Source: an uncultured Spirochaetaceae bacterium (GTDB lineage Bacteria > Spirochaetota > Spirochaetia > DSM-27196 > PWMO01). From it: a DNA stretch of 61,028 nt. The stretch covers positions 1 to 61,028 of the forward strand of contig CAZZIE010000007.1 in assembly GCA_964654185.1 (NCBI GenBank). Reading direction: 5' to 3'. Below, one piece after another: positions 27,536 to 36,425 of this stretch. How positions within the stretch are numbered: position 1 is the stretch's first letter; each line of letters begins with the position of its first letter. Made by a program: the position numbers and the translations under genes. The notes below the pieces were generated by a model, which did not search any database, was not told the DNA's origin, and saw only the letters and a program-made list of their open reading frames with translations.

Positions 27536-28137
27536 AAGGAGCCCCAGCCGATGCGCAGGCCGATCACCGGCGTGTACGACAGAAAATCCCTGAATATCAC
27601 CCCTGGCAGCACGTTGCCGATCACCTGGTAGCCGGCGTAAACGGTCGGGGTGAACCACTCCACGAAGGGCAACCCCGCCTCCAGGGTCAGCTCCTGGAAG
27701 ATGGCGAAGTACGAGTCCGCGGTGCTGACGCGCCCGGCATTCTCCAGGGAGACACCGCCGAGGCCCGTCCAGCTTGTCAGGGTCAGGTAGATCGGCCGGC
27801 GCAGGATTCGCCATCCACCGATGACGCCGCCGAACCCGGCTGAGATCCCGCCGTCGGAATCGTAGGGATCGAAGACCCCGATGCCGAAGCCGCCGCTGAT
27901 GCCGCCGCCTCCGGTCACGCCGTAGCCGAAGCCGCCAATGTAGGTCAGACCCAGGTTGTTGTTCTGGATCCGGTAGTCTTCGAGGAAGGGATACTCACTT
28001 GTCTGATTGCCGATGATGAGGCCTCCGGCCCCGCCGCCGCGGGAATCTGCGGCTGCGGTTCCCACGCCGAGGAGGAGCAAGAAGACGACCGCGAGGGCCG
28101 TAAGGCGCCGTCGAGTCAGTGATCGATGTGTGTTCAT
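27532..28137 (-). CDS. Secreted Gly-rich hypothetical protein, possibly a small outer-membrane beta-barrel
   Basis: Signal peptide, amphipathic Gly-rich strands and a C-terminal Phe. Confidence 0.55.
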   Translation of the reverse strand: MNTHRSLTRRRLTALAVVFLLLLGVGTAAADSRGGGAGGLIIGNQTSEYPFLEDYRIQNNNLGLTYIGGFGYGVTGGGGISGGFGIGVFDPYDSDGGISAGFGGVIGGWRILRRPIYLTLTSWTGLGGVSLENAGRVSTADSYFAIFQELTLEAGLPFVEWFTPTVYAGYQVIGNVLPGVIFRDFLSYTPVIGLRIGWGSF

Positions 28138-28214
28138 ATGAAATGGTATATCGCACCGGCACGGCATTCGTCAGCCCCGTGGGGCGACGGAGCCCGCAGC
28201 CCGGGCGGAGGACG

Positions 28215-29213
28215 CTATCCCCCGCCCTGTAAGGTCTGTAACTGCCGTTGCTCCCGCACCCTGCTGGTGAAGTGATTCACCGTAATGACCAAAATGATGA
28301 TCAGGCCCCACATGGAGCGGATGAAGAAGGGATCCATCCGCAGAAGGTTCACCCCGGTCGAGATGACCTGGAGGATGACCACGGAGAGGACCATGCCGGA
28401 GACGGTGCCGACGCCGCCGAAGGGGTCGATCCCCCCGAGGAAACAGGCGAGGACCGCAACCAGCAGGAAGGACTCCGCGTAGTTTGCCTTCACCGAGTTG
28501 AGCTGCCCCATCATGACGAAGGCGGTGAGGGCGCTGAAGAGGGCGGACACCAGGTACTCCCGCATGATGATCGACTTGTTGTCGATGTTGGAGAAGCTCG
28601 TGGCCCGGTAGTTCGACCCCAGCATGTAGAGGCTGAAGCCGAATGCCGTGCGCTTCAGCACCACCGCCAGGATCAGCACCGCAACGATCAACAGCAGGAA
28701 GGGCACCGGCACCCCGACAATGCTTCCATTACCAATGGTAATGAGCGAGCCCGGGAAACCCGAGATGGTGTACCCCTTGGTCATGACGATGTTGATGCCG
28801 TCGAGCAGCGTCATCATGCCCAGGGTGGTGAGGATGGAGGGGATCTCCAGAAAGGCGATGAGAAAGCCGTTCACGGCACCCACGGCAAAGCCCGCTGCCA
28901 GGCCCGTCAGCATCGCTACCAGAACAACACCAATTCCCGCCTCCGCGGAGGCGCCGCCGGTGAGGCCGTTCAAGGTCAACGCCGTGACAATGCCCACGAG
29001 GTTCGCCGTTGATACAATGGCCAGATTGATGCCGCCGGAGAGCATGGCCATCATCATGGCCAGCGAGAGGAAGGCGAGGATGGGAAGCTGGTAGGCCATA
29101 CTGGCGATGTTCGAGATCGACGGAAAGCGCTGGGGATTCAGAGCGATCATCAGCACGACGATCAGCACGAGAATGATGAAAAGCGATCTGTTCGGGATGT
29201 TCGTCTTACTCAT
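28215..29213 (-). CDS. Sugar ABC transporter permease
   Basis: RbsC-like features: GGINLAI, TAFGFSLYMLGSN and ACFLGG. Confidence 0.9.
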   Translation of the reverse strand: MSKTNIPNRSLFIILVLIVVLMIALNPQRFPSISNIASMAYQLPILAFLSLAMMMAMLSGGINLAIVSTANLVGIVTALTLNGLTGGASAEAGIGVVLVAMLTGLAAGFAVGAVNGFLIAFLEIPSILTTLGMMTLLDGINIVMTKGYTISGFPGSLITIGNGSIVGVPVPFLLLIVAVLILAVVLKRTAFGFSLYMLGSNYRATSFSNIDNKSIIMREYLVSALFSALTAFVMMGQLNSVKANYAESFLLVAVLACFLGGIDPFGGVGTVSGMVLSVVILQVISTGVNLLRMDPFFIRSMWGLIIILVITVNHFTSRVREQRQLQTLQGGG

Positions 29214-30235
29214 GCCGGCTGCTCCTTGGTTTCTTCGCCTTCGACGTTGACGTTTACCCGGAGTCGCTGCCGCCGAAGCGCCTGGAGGGCGTTGACGGTG
29301 ATGCTGATCATGATCACCGCGCCGATCAGCACGTCGTACCAGTAGGACGAGATCTTCAGGAGGGTAAGGCCGTTGCTCATGACGGCGAAGAGCGCCACAC
29401 CGAGGAAGGTTCCCACCACGGTGCCGCGGCCACCGAACACACTCGCTCCTCCCAGGACCGCGGCGGCAATGACGTCGAGCTCCTTCCCGACAATGCTGTT
29501 GGGAATGGCCGACTGCACAATGGTCGCGTGGACCACGCCGGCAATGCCGGATAGAAATCCAACGAAGCTGAACACGAAGATGCGCGCCCGGAAGACGTTG
29601 ATACCGACGCGACGCGCCGCGGTCTCGTTGCCGCCGATGGCGTAGATGTTTCGCCCGAGGGTGGTGTGCTTGAGGATGAACCAGCCCAGGAGCAGCACCG
29701 CCAGCCAGATGATCGGCATCAGCTCAAGGCCGAACTGGTTTCCGTTCTCTGCGGTCAGTGTGAAGACGTTGATGTTCGCGAAGTTGCGGAACATCTCGTG
29801 GACCTCGTAGACGACCTGACCTTCGGAGAAGACGTAGAGAAGGCCGAAGTAGATGTTGAAGGTCGCAATCGACACAATGATTGTCGGCACCCGGAAGTAG
29901 TGGAGAATGAAGCCGTTGACGCTTCCCAGGAGCGTTCCCATGACCGCGGCCATGAGAAAGGCCAGGATGATGCTCCCGCCCATCTGCAGGGTAACGATGA
30001 CGACGGCGTACTCCGCCACCTGGGCGATCGCCGTGAATGATACATCCGGCGTACCGCCCAGGATCAGAACGAAGAGAATTCCCACCGCCATGATGCCGAT
30101 CACGGAGAAGCTCTTCAGGAGTCCGAAGAGGTTCTGCAGTGAGAGGAATGCGGGGTTCACAATGGAAATGGCTATCGCCATGAGAAGAATCACAATGGCG
30201 ACGTAGAACTCGGTATATCCCAGTAGTTTCTTCAT
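29210..30235 (-). CDS. Sugar ABC transporter permease
   Basis: TTLGRNIYAIGGNETAARRVG and ELDVIAAAVLGGAS. Confidence 0.92.
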   Translation of the reverse strand: MKKLLGYTEFYVAIVILLMAIAISIVNPAFLSLQNLFGLLKSFSVIGIMAVGILFVLILGGTPDVSFTAIAQVAEYAVVIVTLQMGGSIILAFLMAAVMGTLLGSVNGFILHYFRVPTIIVSIATFNIYFGLLYVFSEGQVVYEVHEMFRNFANINVFTLTAENGNQFGLELMPIIWLAVLLLGWFILKHTTLGRNIYAIGGNETAARRVGINVFRARIFVFSFVGFLSGIAGVVHATIVQSAIPNSIVGKELDVIAAAVLGGASVFGGRGTVVGTFLGVALFAVMSNGLTLLKISSYWYDVLIGAVIMISITVNALQALRRQRLRVNVNVEGEETKEQPA

Positions 30236-30238
30236 GGC

Positions 30239-31744
30239 TTAGCTCGCTGCCGCTTGAATATTCTCGATCCGCCGTTGGATCTCGTCCTCTCCGACCTCAC
30301 GGGGATCCACAATGTCGCTGATCCGGCCGCGCCGCATGATGGCGACCCGGTTGGAGTTCTGGGCAACCTCCTGCACCTCGTCCGAGATGAGGATGATCCC
30401 GACTCCCCGTTCGGCCATCCGGCGAACGATTGCGTGGACCGAGCTCTTTGCTGCGACATCGATGCCTACGGTAGGCCCGTCCAGAATCAGTATCTTCGGC
30501 TCAGTGGCCAGCCACTTCGCAATCACGACGCGCTGCTGATTCCCGCCGGAAAGGGTCTGTGCCGCAACGCTCTCGTTGGCAACTCGAATGGAGAGCTCGT
30601 CGATCCAGTTCCGTACCACCTCGTCGCGCTTCTCCCGGTCGATCAGGGGGAGGGGCTTGCGCAGGAGCTTACGAATGATGGCCGTAACAAGGTTGTCTCC
30701 TACGGACTGATCGAGGATCAGCCCCTCGCTCAGGCGGTTCTCCGGCACGTATGCAATGCCGTGGCGAACAGCCTCCTTTACCGACCGGATCTTCACTTCG
30801 GTGCCGTCAATGAAGATTTGGCCCTCCTCGGCGGGATGTCGGCCGAAGAGCGCCTGGGCGAGCTCGGTACGTCCGGACCCGATGAGCCCCGTGATTCCGA
30901 GGATCTCTCCCGCATGCAGATCGAAGGAGATGTCCTTGAAGTTTCGGGGCTTGCTGAGATTGCGCACCGCCAGAAGCACTTTGCCCGTGTCGGGCTGATG
31001 TTCAATGTGGGTGTGGGTTACCTTCTGACCGGTCATGAGCTCGGTCAGGCGGTCATTGTCCAGCTCCGAGGCGGGATAGGTGCCCATGCTGTTGCCGTCG
31101 CGCAGGACCGTGACGCGCTCGGCGATCTCGAAGATCTCGTTCAGCTTGTGGCTTACGAAGAGCACGGAAATGCCCTTGCTCTGCAGGTCCTTCACAACGG
31201 AGAAGAGCTGGTCGACTTCCTTCTTGGTGAGGGCGGTGGTCGGCTCGTCCAGGATGAGGAGCCTGAGATCGCTGGTGAGGGCGCGGCAGATGGCGACCAT
31301 CTGCTGACGAGCCACCGGCAGGTCGCCCAGTGTGGCATCCGGGTCGAGCTCCAGGCCGATCTTCCCCATGGCCTCTTTCGCGATCTCGTAGACCTGGGAC
31401 CACTCGACCATCTGCTTGCCCGATTCGACGAGCTCACTGATGGCGATGTTCTCGGCAACGGTGAGATTGGGAAAGAGCGACAGGTCCTGGTAGATGACCT
31501 CAATGCCCTTCTTGATGGAGGCGATGGAGTCGACGTGGCGCAGTACCTCGCCCTGGACTTCGATCTCGCCGGCATCCGGTTGCTCGACGCCGGAGATGAT
31601 CTTGATCATGGTGGACTTGCCCGAGCCGTTCTCGCCGACAAGGCAGTGGATCTCTCCCTCGCCGATGGAGAAGTCCACTCCCTTGAGGGCCTGTACGCCG
31701 ACGAAGCTCTTCTTGATGTTCCTCAGAGTCAGGAAATCACCCAT
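30239..31744 (-). CDS. Sugar ABC transporter ATP-binding protein (tandem ABC domains)
   Basis: GENGSGKST, LDEPT and LSGGNQQ. Confidence 0.95.
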   Translation of the reverse strand: MGDFLTLRNIKKSFVGVQALKGVDFSIGEGEIHCLVGENGSGKSTMIKIISGVEQPDAGEIEVQGEVLRHVDSIASIKKGIEVIYQDLSLFPNLTVAENIAISELVESGKQMVEWSQVYEIAKEAMGKIGLELDPDATLGDLPVARQQMVAICRALTSDLRLLILDEPTTALTKKEVDQLFSVVKDLQSKGISVLFVSHKLNEIFEIAERVTVLRDGNSMGTYPASELDNDRLTELMTGQKVTHTHIEHQPDTGKVLLAVRNLSKPRNFKDISFDLHAGEILGITGLIGSGRTELAQALFGRHPAEEGQIFIDGTEVKIRSVKEAVRHGIAYVPENRLSEGLILDQSVGDNLVTAIIRKLLRKPLPLIDREKRDEVVRNWIDELSIRVANESVAAQTLSGGNQQRVVIAKWLATEPKILILDGPTVGIDVAAKSSVHAIVRRMAERGVGIILISDEVQEVAQNSNRVAIMRRGRISDIVDPREVGEDEIQRRIENIQAAAS

Positions 31745-31822
31745 GCAGCAACTCTCATTGTAAAGCGACCGCGGATGCCGCCGGCACCCACGGTCGCGTG
31801 CGGTTGGTTACAGACTACACGA

Positions 31823-32833
31823 CTAGAAGTCGTAGTCTCCAGCGTTGTCCGTGGTAATGATCAACGGGCGGTCGAAGATGATGTTCTTGCCGTCGACCTG
31901 CGCGGTCCCGATCGTCGGAACTTCCATGCCGTCCTGGATCTGGTCCTCGTTGCCGTCCAGGATCATCTTGGCGACGTAGACCATGGTGTAGCCGGCTTCA
32001 GCCGGACGCCATACGACGGCGTAGTCCATGGAACCGTCTTCGAGGTACTGAGACGCCTGGTTCGGCGAGGTGGTGCCGACAACGGCCACATCGTCTTCGA
32101 GGCCGCGCTCACGCAGCGCCTGGGCTGCACCCGGGGCGCCCTGGCTGCCGAAGCAGAGGAAGCCGTCCAGGTCGGGATAGGCGGTCAGAATCTCGTTGGC
32201 CGTCTGCCGGGACTGGTTCTGATCCTCAGCGACAGGATAGCGATCCGCGACCAGCTCGAGGTTGGGGTACTTCTCTTCAGCCAGCTCGAGTGCGGCGTCC
32301 GCCCAGATATTGTGCGCCGGAACCGTCAAAGAGCCGACGTAGATGACGAACTGACCTTCCTCGGTGCCCATTGCATCGACCATGAGCTCGAGGGACTGCC
32401 GGCCGAATGCCTCGTTGTCGATCATCTCCACGTCGTAGTCGTGGTTCTTCTGGTTCGGCGACTCATGGGTCATGACGACAATGCCCTCGTCCTGAGCGCG
32501 CTGGAAGACCGGCTCCAGGGAGCTTGCATCATTCGGTACGACCATGACGGCGTCGACGCCCTGATTGATCGCATCCTCTACCAGGCGGACCTGCTCCGCC
32601 TCGTCGGCGCTGCCCGGTGCCTGCTGATACGCGTTGATGTCGTATTCCTCGGCCGCTCGGAGCACGCCCTTCTCGAGGTCGTTGAACCAGGGAACTCGAA
32701 CCTTCGGTATCGAGACCATCTGGTACTGCCCGTCTTCGGCCTGCTCGGCCTCTCCGGCCGCGAAGGCGAACCCGCCACTGAGCAGCAGAATGAACGCTGC
32801 CAACAATGCAGTGCTGATAACCCGTGCCTTCAT
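31823..32833 (-). CDS. Sugar ABC substrate-binding protein (RhaS/LsrB-like)
   Basis: Signal peptide FAFAAGEAE, PWFN and DAVMVVPNDA, periplasmic binding fold. Confidence 0.88.
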   Translation of the reverse strand: MKARVISTALLAAFILLLSGGFAFAAGEAEQAEDGQYQMVSIPKVRVPWFNDLEKGVLRAAEEYDINAYQQAPGSADEAEQVRLVEDAINQGVDAVMVVPNDASSLEPVFQRAQDEGIVVMTHESPNQKNHDYDVEMIDNEAFGRQSLELMVDAMGTEEGQFVIYVGSLTVPAHNIWADAALELAEEKYPNLELVADRYPVAEDQNQSRQTANEILTAYPDLDGFLCFGSQGAPGAAQALRERGLEDDVAVVGTTSPNQASQYLEDGSMDYAVVWRPAEAGYTMVYVAKMILDGNEDQIQDGMEVPTIGTAQVDGKNIIFDRPLIITTDNAGDYDF

Positions 32834-32963
32834 ACGAAAGCCTCCTTCATTGGAATTGTGCACCCGTCGAGTGCACCCATAAGACGATGGTTACCCATCG
32901 CCGCCGTTCTACCCATAGGCCGGGTGGTCTAATTCACCCACCGCGGCCTAATGCCTTGCATGC

Positions 32964-33638
32964 CTAGCCTCCAATGAGGCTCGCGTTCTTCTTCCCGTAG
33001 TGATCCTTCACGAAGGCCTGCATGTCGTCGATCTCTTGCGAAGTGAAGAGCTTCGGCTCTCCGATCATGCGGGCGTACATGTAGATCTGGGCGTTCTTCT
33101 CCAGCACCCGGGCAACCTTGAGGGCCCATCCCATCTCAGGCCCAACCGAGAGCGCGCCGTGCCGGGGCAGGATGACGGCGTTCTTGTCCGCCAGGGTCCT
33201 GGCTGCGACGGCGCCGAGCTCCGGTGTGCCCGGGAGCTCGTAGGGCAGCGCAATGTGGATCTTGTCTCCCACAATCTGCGCGAAGTCCTCACTCACCGCG
33301 GGAAGCTCCATCTCGACCACGCCGAAGACGCTGGAGAAGATCGGGTGCGTGTGCACCACCGCGTTGACGTCCTTCCGGGCGCGGTAGACAGCCGCGTGCA
33401 TGTTCTTCTCGATCGAGGGCTCGAAGTCGCCGTCAACTACGTTCGTCTGGAGGTCCAGCACGACGACGTGCTCCCGGCGAATGCTCATGTAGTCCATGCC
33501 GCTCGGGCTGATGTACATGTAGTCGGTTTCGGGATCGCGGATACTGATGTTTCCCCAGGTTCCGACAGTCATCCCCGTCTCGATCATGTTGCGGCCGGTC
33601 TCAACTATCTGGTCTTTCAGCTCGTCACGAGTCTTCAC
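32964..33638 (-). CDS. Class II aldolase/adducin family protein (FucA/AraD-like)
   Basis: GTWGNISIR, PSGM, PSIEKNMH, VVHTHP and HGALSVG. Confidence 0.9.
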   Translation of the reverse strand: MKTRDELKDQIVETGRNMIETGMTVGTWGNISIRDPETDYMYISPSGMDYMSIRREHVVVLDLQTNVVDGDFEPSIEKNMHAAVYRARKDVNAVVHTHPIFSSVFGVVEMELPAVSEDFAQIVGDKIHIALPYELPGTPELGAVAARTLADKNAVILPRHGALSVGPEMGWALKVARVLEKNAQIYMYARMIGEPKLFTSQEIDDMQAFVKDHYGKKNASLIGG

Positions 33639-35311
33639 GTCCTTCCTTCCTTTGTTGGTGTGCCTGTGGGCGGCCGGGCGGAGGTGGGCGCCTGCTTGGA
33701 CGCGTGAGTCTCCGCGGTTGCCTCGCCACGCTCCTTCCCCGAGGCGCGCGCCGCGGCGACCCCGGGCATGCTGTTGTGCATGATTGTCCGGCGCCGCTTG
33801 AAGAGTGGTTGCAGCTGTGTGTAGAGATCGAGGAAGAGGCCGTAGTGCTCGTCGAAGCGGTGCTCACCGGCCGGTTCGAGGACCTCACTGGTGCGCTCTT
33901 CACTAGCCTTGACGAGCTCCGCCGGGTCGTCGATCTCTCCCGTTGCGGTTCGGCCCAGGGCAACGTTGCCCCGCACCGAGGGCTCGCCGGCGTGGATGAC
34001 GCGAATCGGCTTCTCCAGGACCGCCGAGAGTATCCGGAGCCACGCTCTGCTTCTGAGGCCGCCGCCGACGGCGCGGACCTCCGTGATCTCCTGTCCAAGG
34101 GCCTCGACGGTTTCGGCGTTGTGCCGGAGTGCCATTGCGACGCCCTCCATGATCGCCCGGACGAAGTGCGCCTTCGTCGTACCCAGGCCGGCGCCGAAGA
34201 AGACGCCCCGGGCATCTCCGTCCCAGTAGGGGGTCCGTTCCCCGTTCAGGTAGGGGAGAAAGAAGAGCCCCTCGGATCCGTCGGGAACATCTGCAATCAT
34301 GGCGTTGTACTGCGAGAAGACGTCGCTATCCCCGGCGGCGTCCGCGTCGAAGGCGCGGCGAAACCAGTTGAGGGATTCGCCGGCGGTCTGCATGACCCCC
34401 AGGTTGATCCACTTGTTCGCCAGGGCGTAGTTCCAGCAGACCACGGCGTCGTTCGGGTCCGGGATCGGGTGGTCCGAGCATACCGAAATGACGCCGGCCG
34501 TCCCGATAATGGCGGTGGCCTCGCCGTTTTCGGTTACGCCGGCGCCGAGGGCCGCCGTCGAGTTGTCCGTTGCTCCGTTCACCACCGGCGTGCCTTCCGG
34601 AATCCCGGTTTCCTCCGCAGCACGCCGAATGACCCGACCGATGACGTGGGCCGCCGGCGCAACCTGCGGCAGCATGGCTTCATCGACCCGAAACAGATCC
34701 AGGAGGGGAGCCGACCACCGGCCCTCTGCCACGTTGAACAGAAGCGTCCCGGCCGCCTCAGAGGGGTCGGTCGCCATTTCCCCGGTCAGCAGGAACTTGA
34801 CGTAGTCCTTCGCCACCAGGACGGACCGGCTCTGCTTCCACGTCGCCGGATCGTTGCGTCGGACCCAGAGGAGGTTCGGTGCCGTGTAGGTCGCCGTGAC
34901 GGCGTTGGCGGTCTCCCTCTTGATCAGGGCGGCAGCGTCGGCATCTTCCTTGAGCTCTTCCACGATCGGTGCCGCGCGCTGATCCATCCAGGAGATGGCG
35001 CTGCGCAGCGGCCGATGGCCCTCGTCCAGGTAGACGTGGGTGTGCATCTGGCCGCACATGGCCACCAGGGCTACCGACCCGAAGGCGCCGGGCTGCTCTT
35101 TTGTGAGGGCGCCGCAGGCATCCACGAGGGCGGACCACCATGCGGTGGGATCCTGTTCCGCAAAGCCTTCGCGGTCGCCGAAGGTCTTGTATCCGACGGA
35201 GGCGGATGCAATGGTGCGCCCGGCCTCATCCGCCAGGTCGGCCTTCAGCGCGGTCGTGCCGAGATCAACGGCGAGAACGATTGCCTCTGTACGATCCTTC
35301 CGGTGACTCAT
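33635..35311 (-). CDS. FGGY carbohydrate kinase (xylulokinase-like)
   Basis: AVDLGTT, GQMH, SWMDQR, GATDN, PYLNGERTP and VGGGLRS. Confidence 0.9.
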   Translation of the reverse strand: MSHRKDRTEAIVLAVDLGTTALKADLADEAGRTIASASVGYKTFGDREGFAEQDPTAWWSALVDACGALTKEQPGAFGSVALVAMCGQMHTHVYLDEGHRPLRSAISWMDQRAAPIVEELKEDADAAALIKRETANAVTATYTAPNLLWVRRNDPATWKQSRSVLVAKDYVKFLLTGEMATDPSEAAGTLLFNVAEGRWSAPLLDLFRVDEAMLPQVAPAAHVIGRVIRRAAEETGIPEGTPVVNGATDNSTAALGAGVTENGEATAIIGTAGVISVCSDHPIPDPNDAVVCWNYALANKWINLGVMQTAGESLNWFRRAFDADAAGDSDVFSQYNAMIADVPDGSEGLFFLPYLNGERTPYWDGDARGVFFGAGLGTTKAHFVRAIMEGVAMALRHNAETVEALGQEITEVRAVGGGLRSRAWLRILSAVLEKPIRVIHAGEPSVRGNVALGRTATGEIDDPAELVKASEERTSEVLEPAGEHRFDEHYGLFLDLYTQLQPLFKRRRTIMHNSMPGVAAARASGKERGEATAETHASKQAPTSARPPTGTPTKEGRT

Positions 35312-35329
35312 GATTGATCGATTTGAAAC

Positions 35330-35358
35330 ATTGTTGAGCCAATAACAACAACTGTCAA
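35330..35358 (-). promoter_or_regulatory. Sigma70-type promoter of the sugar operon with a DeoR-type operator
   Basis: Minus strand TTGACA-17 nt-AACAAT. TGTT-N8-AACA (35332-35347) lies in the promoter spacer, next to the divergent DeoR gene. Confidence 0.6.
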
Positions 35359-35456
35359 GGAAAAAAGTGTACGATACGCACATTAATTCTGGCGTTATCC
35401 AACAGATGATGCTACCATACGAAGCATCTGAGACAACTTGCGAGTGGGAAAGAGAA

Positions 35457-36245
35457 ATGACCGGGGCAAATCGACAGGTGCGGCTCGATCAGATGTGCGA
35501 GATCCTCGCGGATGGGCAGCCGAAGCGCATTGCCGATCTCGCAAAGACCCTGGACGTCAGCGTCATGACCATCCGCCGGGACGCAGAGGTTCTCGTCGAG
35601 CAGGGCCGGGCGTACGTGCTGCACGGAGCCCTGGTAAGCCGAACGGAAGAGAGCGAGTCCATGTCCTCGCGGTACCTTCTCAATACCGCCAAGAGCGTGA
35701 ACCGCGCCGAGAAGGCCGCCATCGGCGCGGCCGCCGCCGCGCTCATTGAGGAAAGCGACACGGTGGTCATTGACGCGGGATCGACAACGGAGTTCCTGGC
35801 GGAGAGCCTGCCGGCGCACACCGACGCAACGGTCATCTCCTACAGCATGAACGTCTTCCTCAAGGCCGCCGAGAACAGCGACGCCCACCTCATCCTGGCG
35901 GGCGGCGAGTACCATCGCGACAGCAAGATCTTTCGGGGCAGCGCCACCACCACCGTGCTCAGGTCCATGCGCGCCACGAAGGCATTCCTCTCCGCCGGCG
36001 GCGTGAGTGACCAGCTCGGCGTGACCTGCTCCAATCAGTTCGAGTACGAGAGCAAGCGCAGTCTCATTGACTACAGCATTCGCCGCATCCTCCTGGTGGA
36101 CCACACCAAGTTCGACCACACCGCCAGCACCTTCTTTGCGGACCTGTCGGACTTCGACACCATCGTCACCGATCGGGAGCCTCCCCCGCGCTACCGCGAC
36201 TACTGCCGCGCCCACGAGGTTGAGATCATCGTTGCCGAGGGATGA
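35457..36245 (+). CDS. DeoR/GlpR family transcriptional regulator
   Basis: HTH VSVMTIRRD, EKAAIG, IDAGSTT and LLVDHTKF. Confidence 0.93.
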   Translation: MTGANRQVRLDQMCEILADGQPKRIADLAKTLDVSVMTIRRDAEVLVEQGRAYVLHGALVSRTEESESMSSRYLLNTAKSVNRAEKAAIGAAAAALIEESDTVVIDAGSTTEFLAESLPAHTDATVISYSMNVFLKAAENSDAHLILAGGEYHRDSKIFRGSATTTVLRSMRATKAFLSAGGVSDQLGVTCSNQFEYESKRSLIDYSIRRILLVDHTKFDHTASTFFADLSDFDTIVTDREPPPRYRDYCRAHEVEIIVAEG

Positions 36246-36254
36246 GGCCGCGCG

Positions 36255-36344
36255 CCGTGGGCGGCCAGCCCCCGTGGGCGGCCAGCTCCCGTGGGCGGCC
36301 AGCCCCCGTGGGCGGCCGGCCCCCGTGGGCGGCCGGCCCCCGTG
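36255..36344. repeat. 17-bp tandem minisatellite CCGTGGGCGGCC(A/G)GC(C/T)C (about 5.3 copies)
   Basis: Units at 36255, 36272, 36289, 36306 and 36323 plus a partial unit, with no spacers. Confidence 0.9.
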
Positions 36345-36425
36345 CCCCGGTCGCACCGCCGCCCCGGGCTGATCGACTTGCCGCCCCGGGCCGGCCCCGA
36401 CACATCTTGGAGGCAGGAGTACTCA

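Noticed and set aside
30254-32932. 892-aa plus-strand ORF
   Set aside because: It is an antisense shadow of the ABC ATPase and SBP genes, with no recognisable motifs. Long antisense ORFs are expected at this GC and codon bias.
36255-36344. 17-bp repeat array as a mini-CRISPR
   Set aside because: The units are directly adjacent with no unique spacers, so this is a minisatellite.
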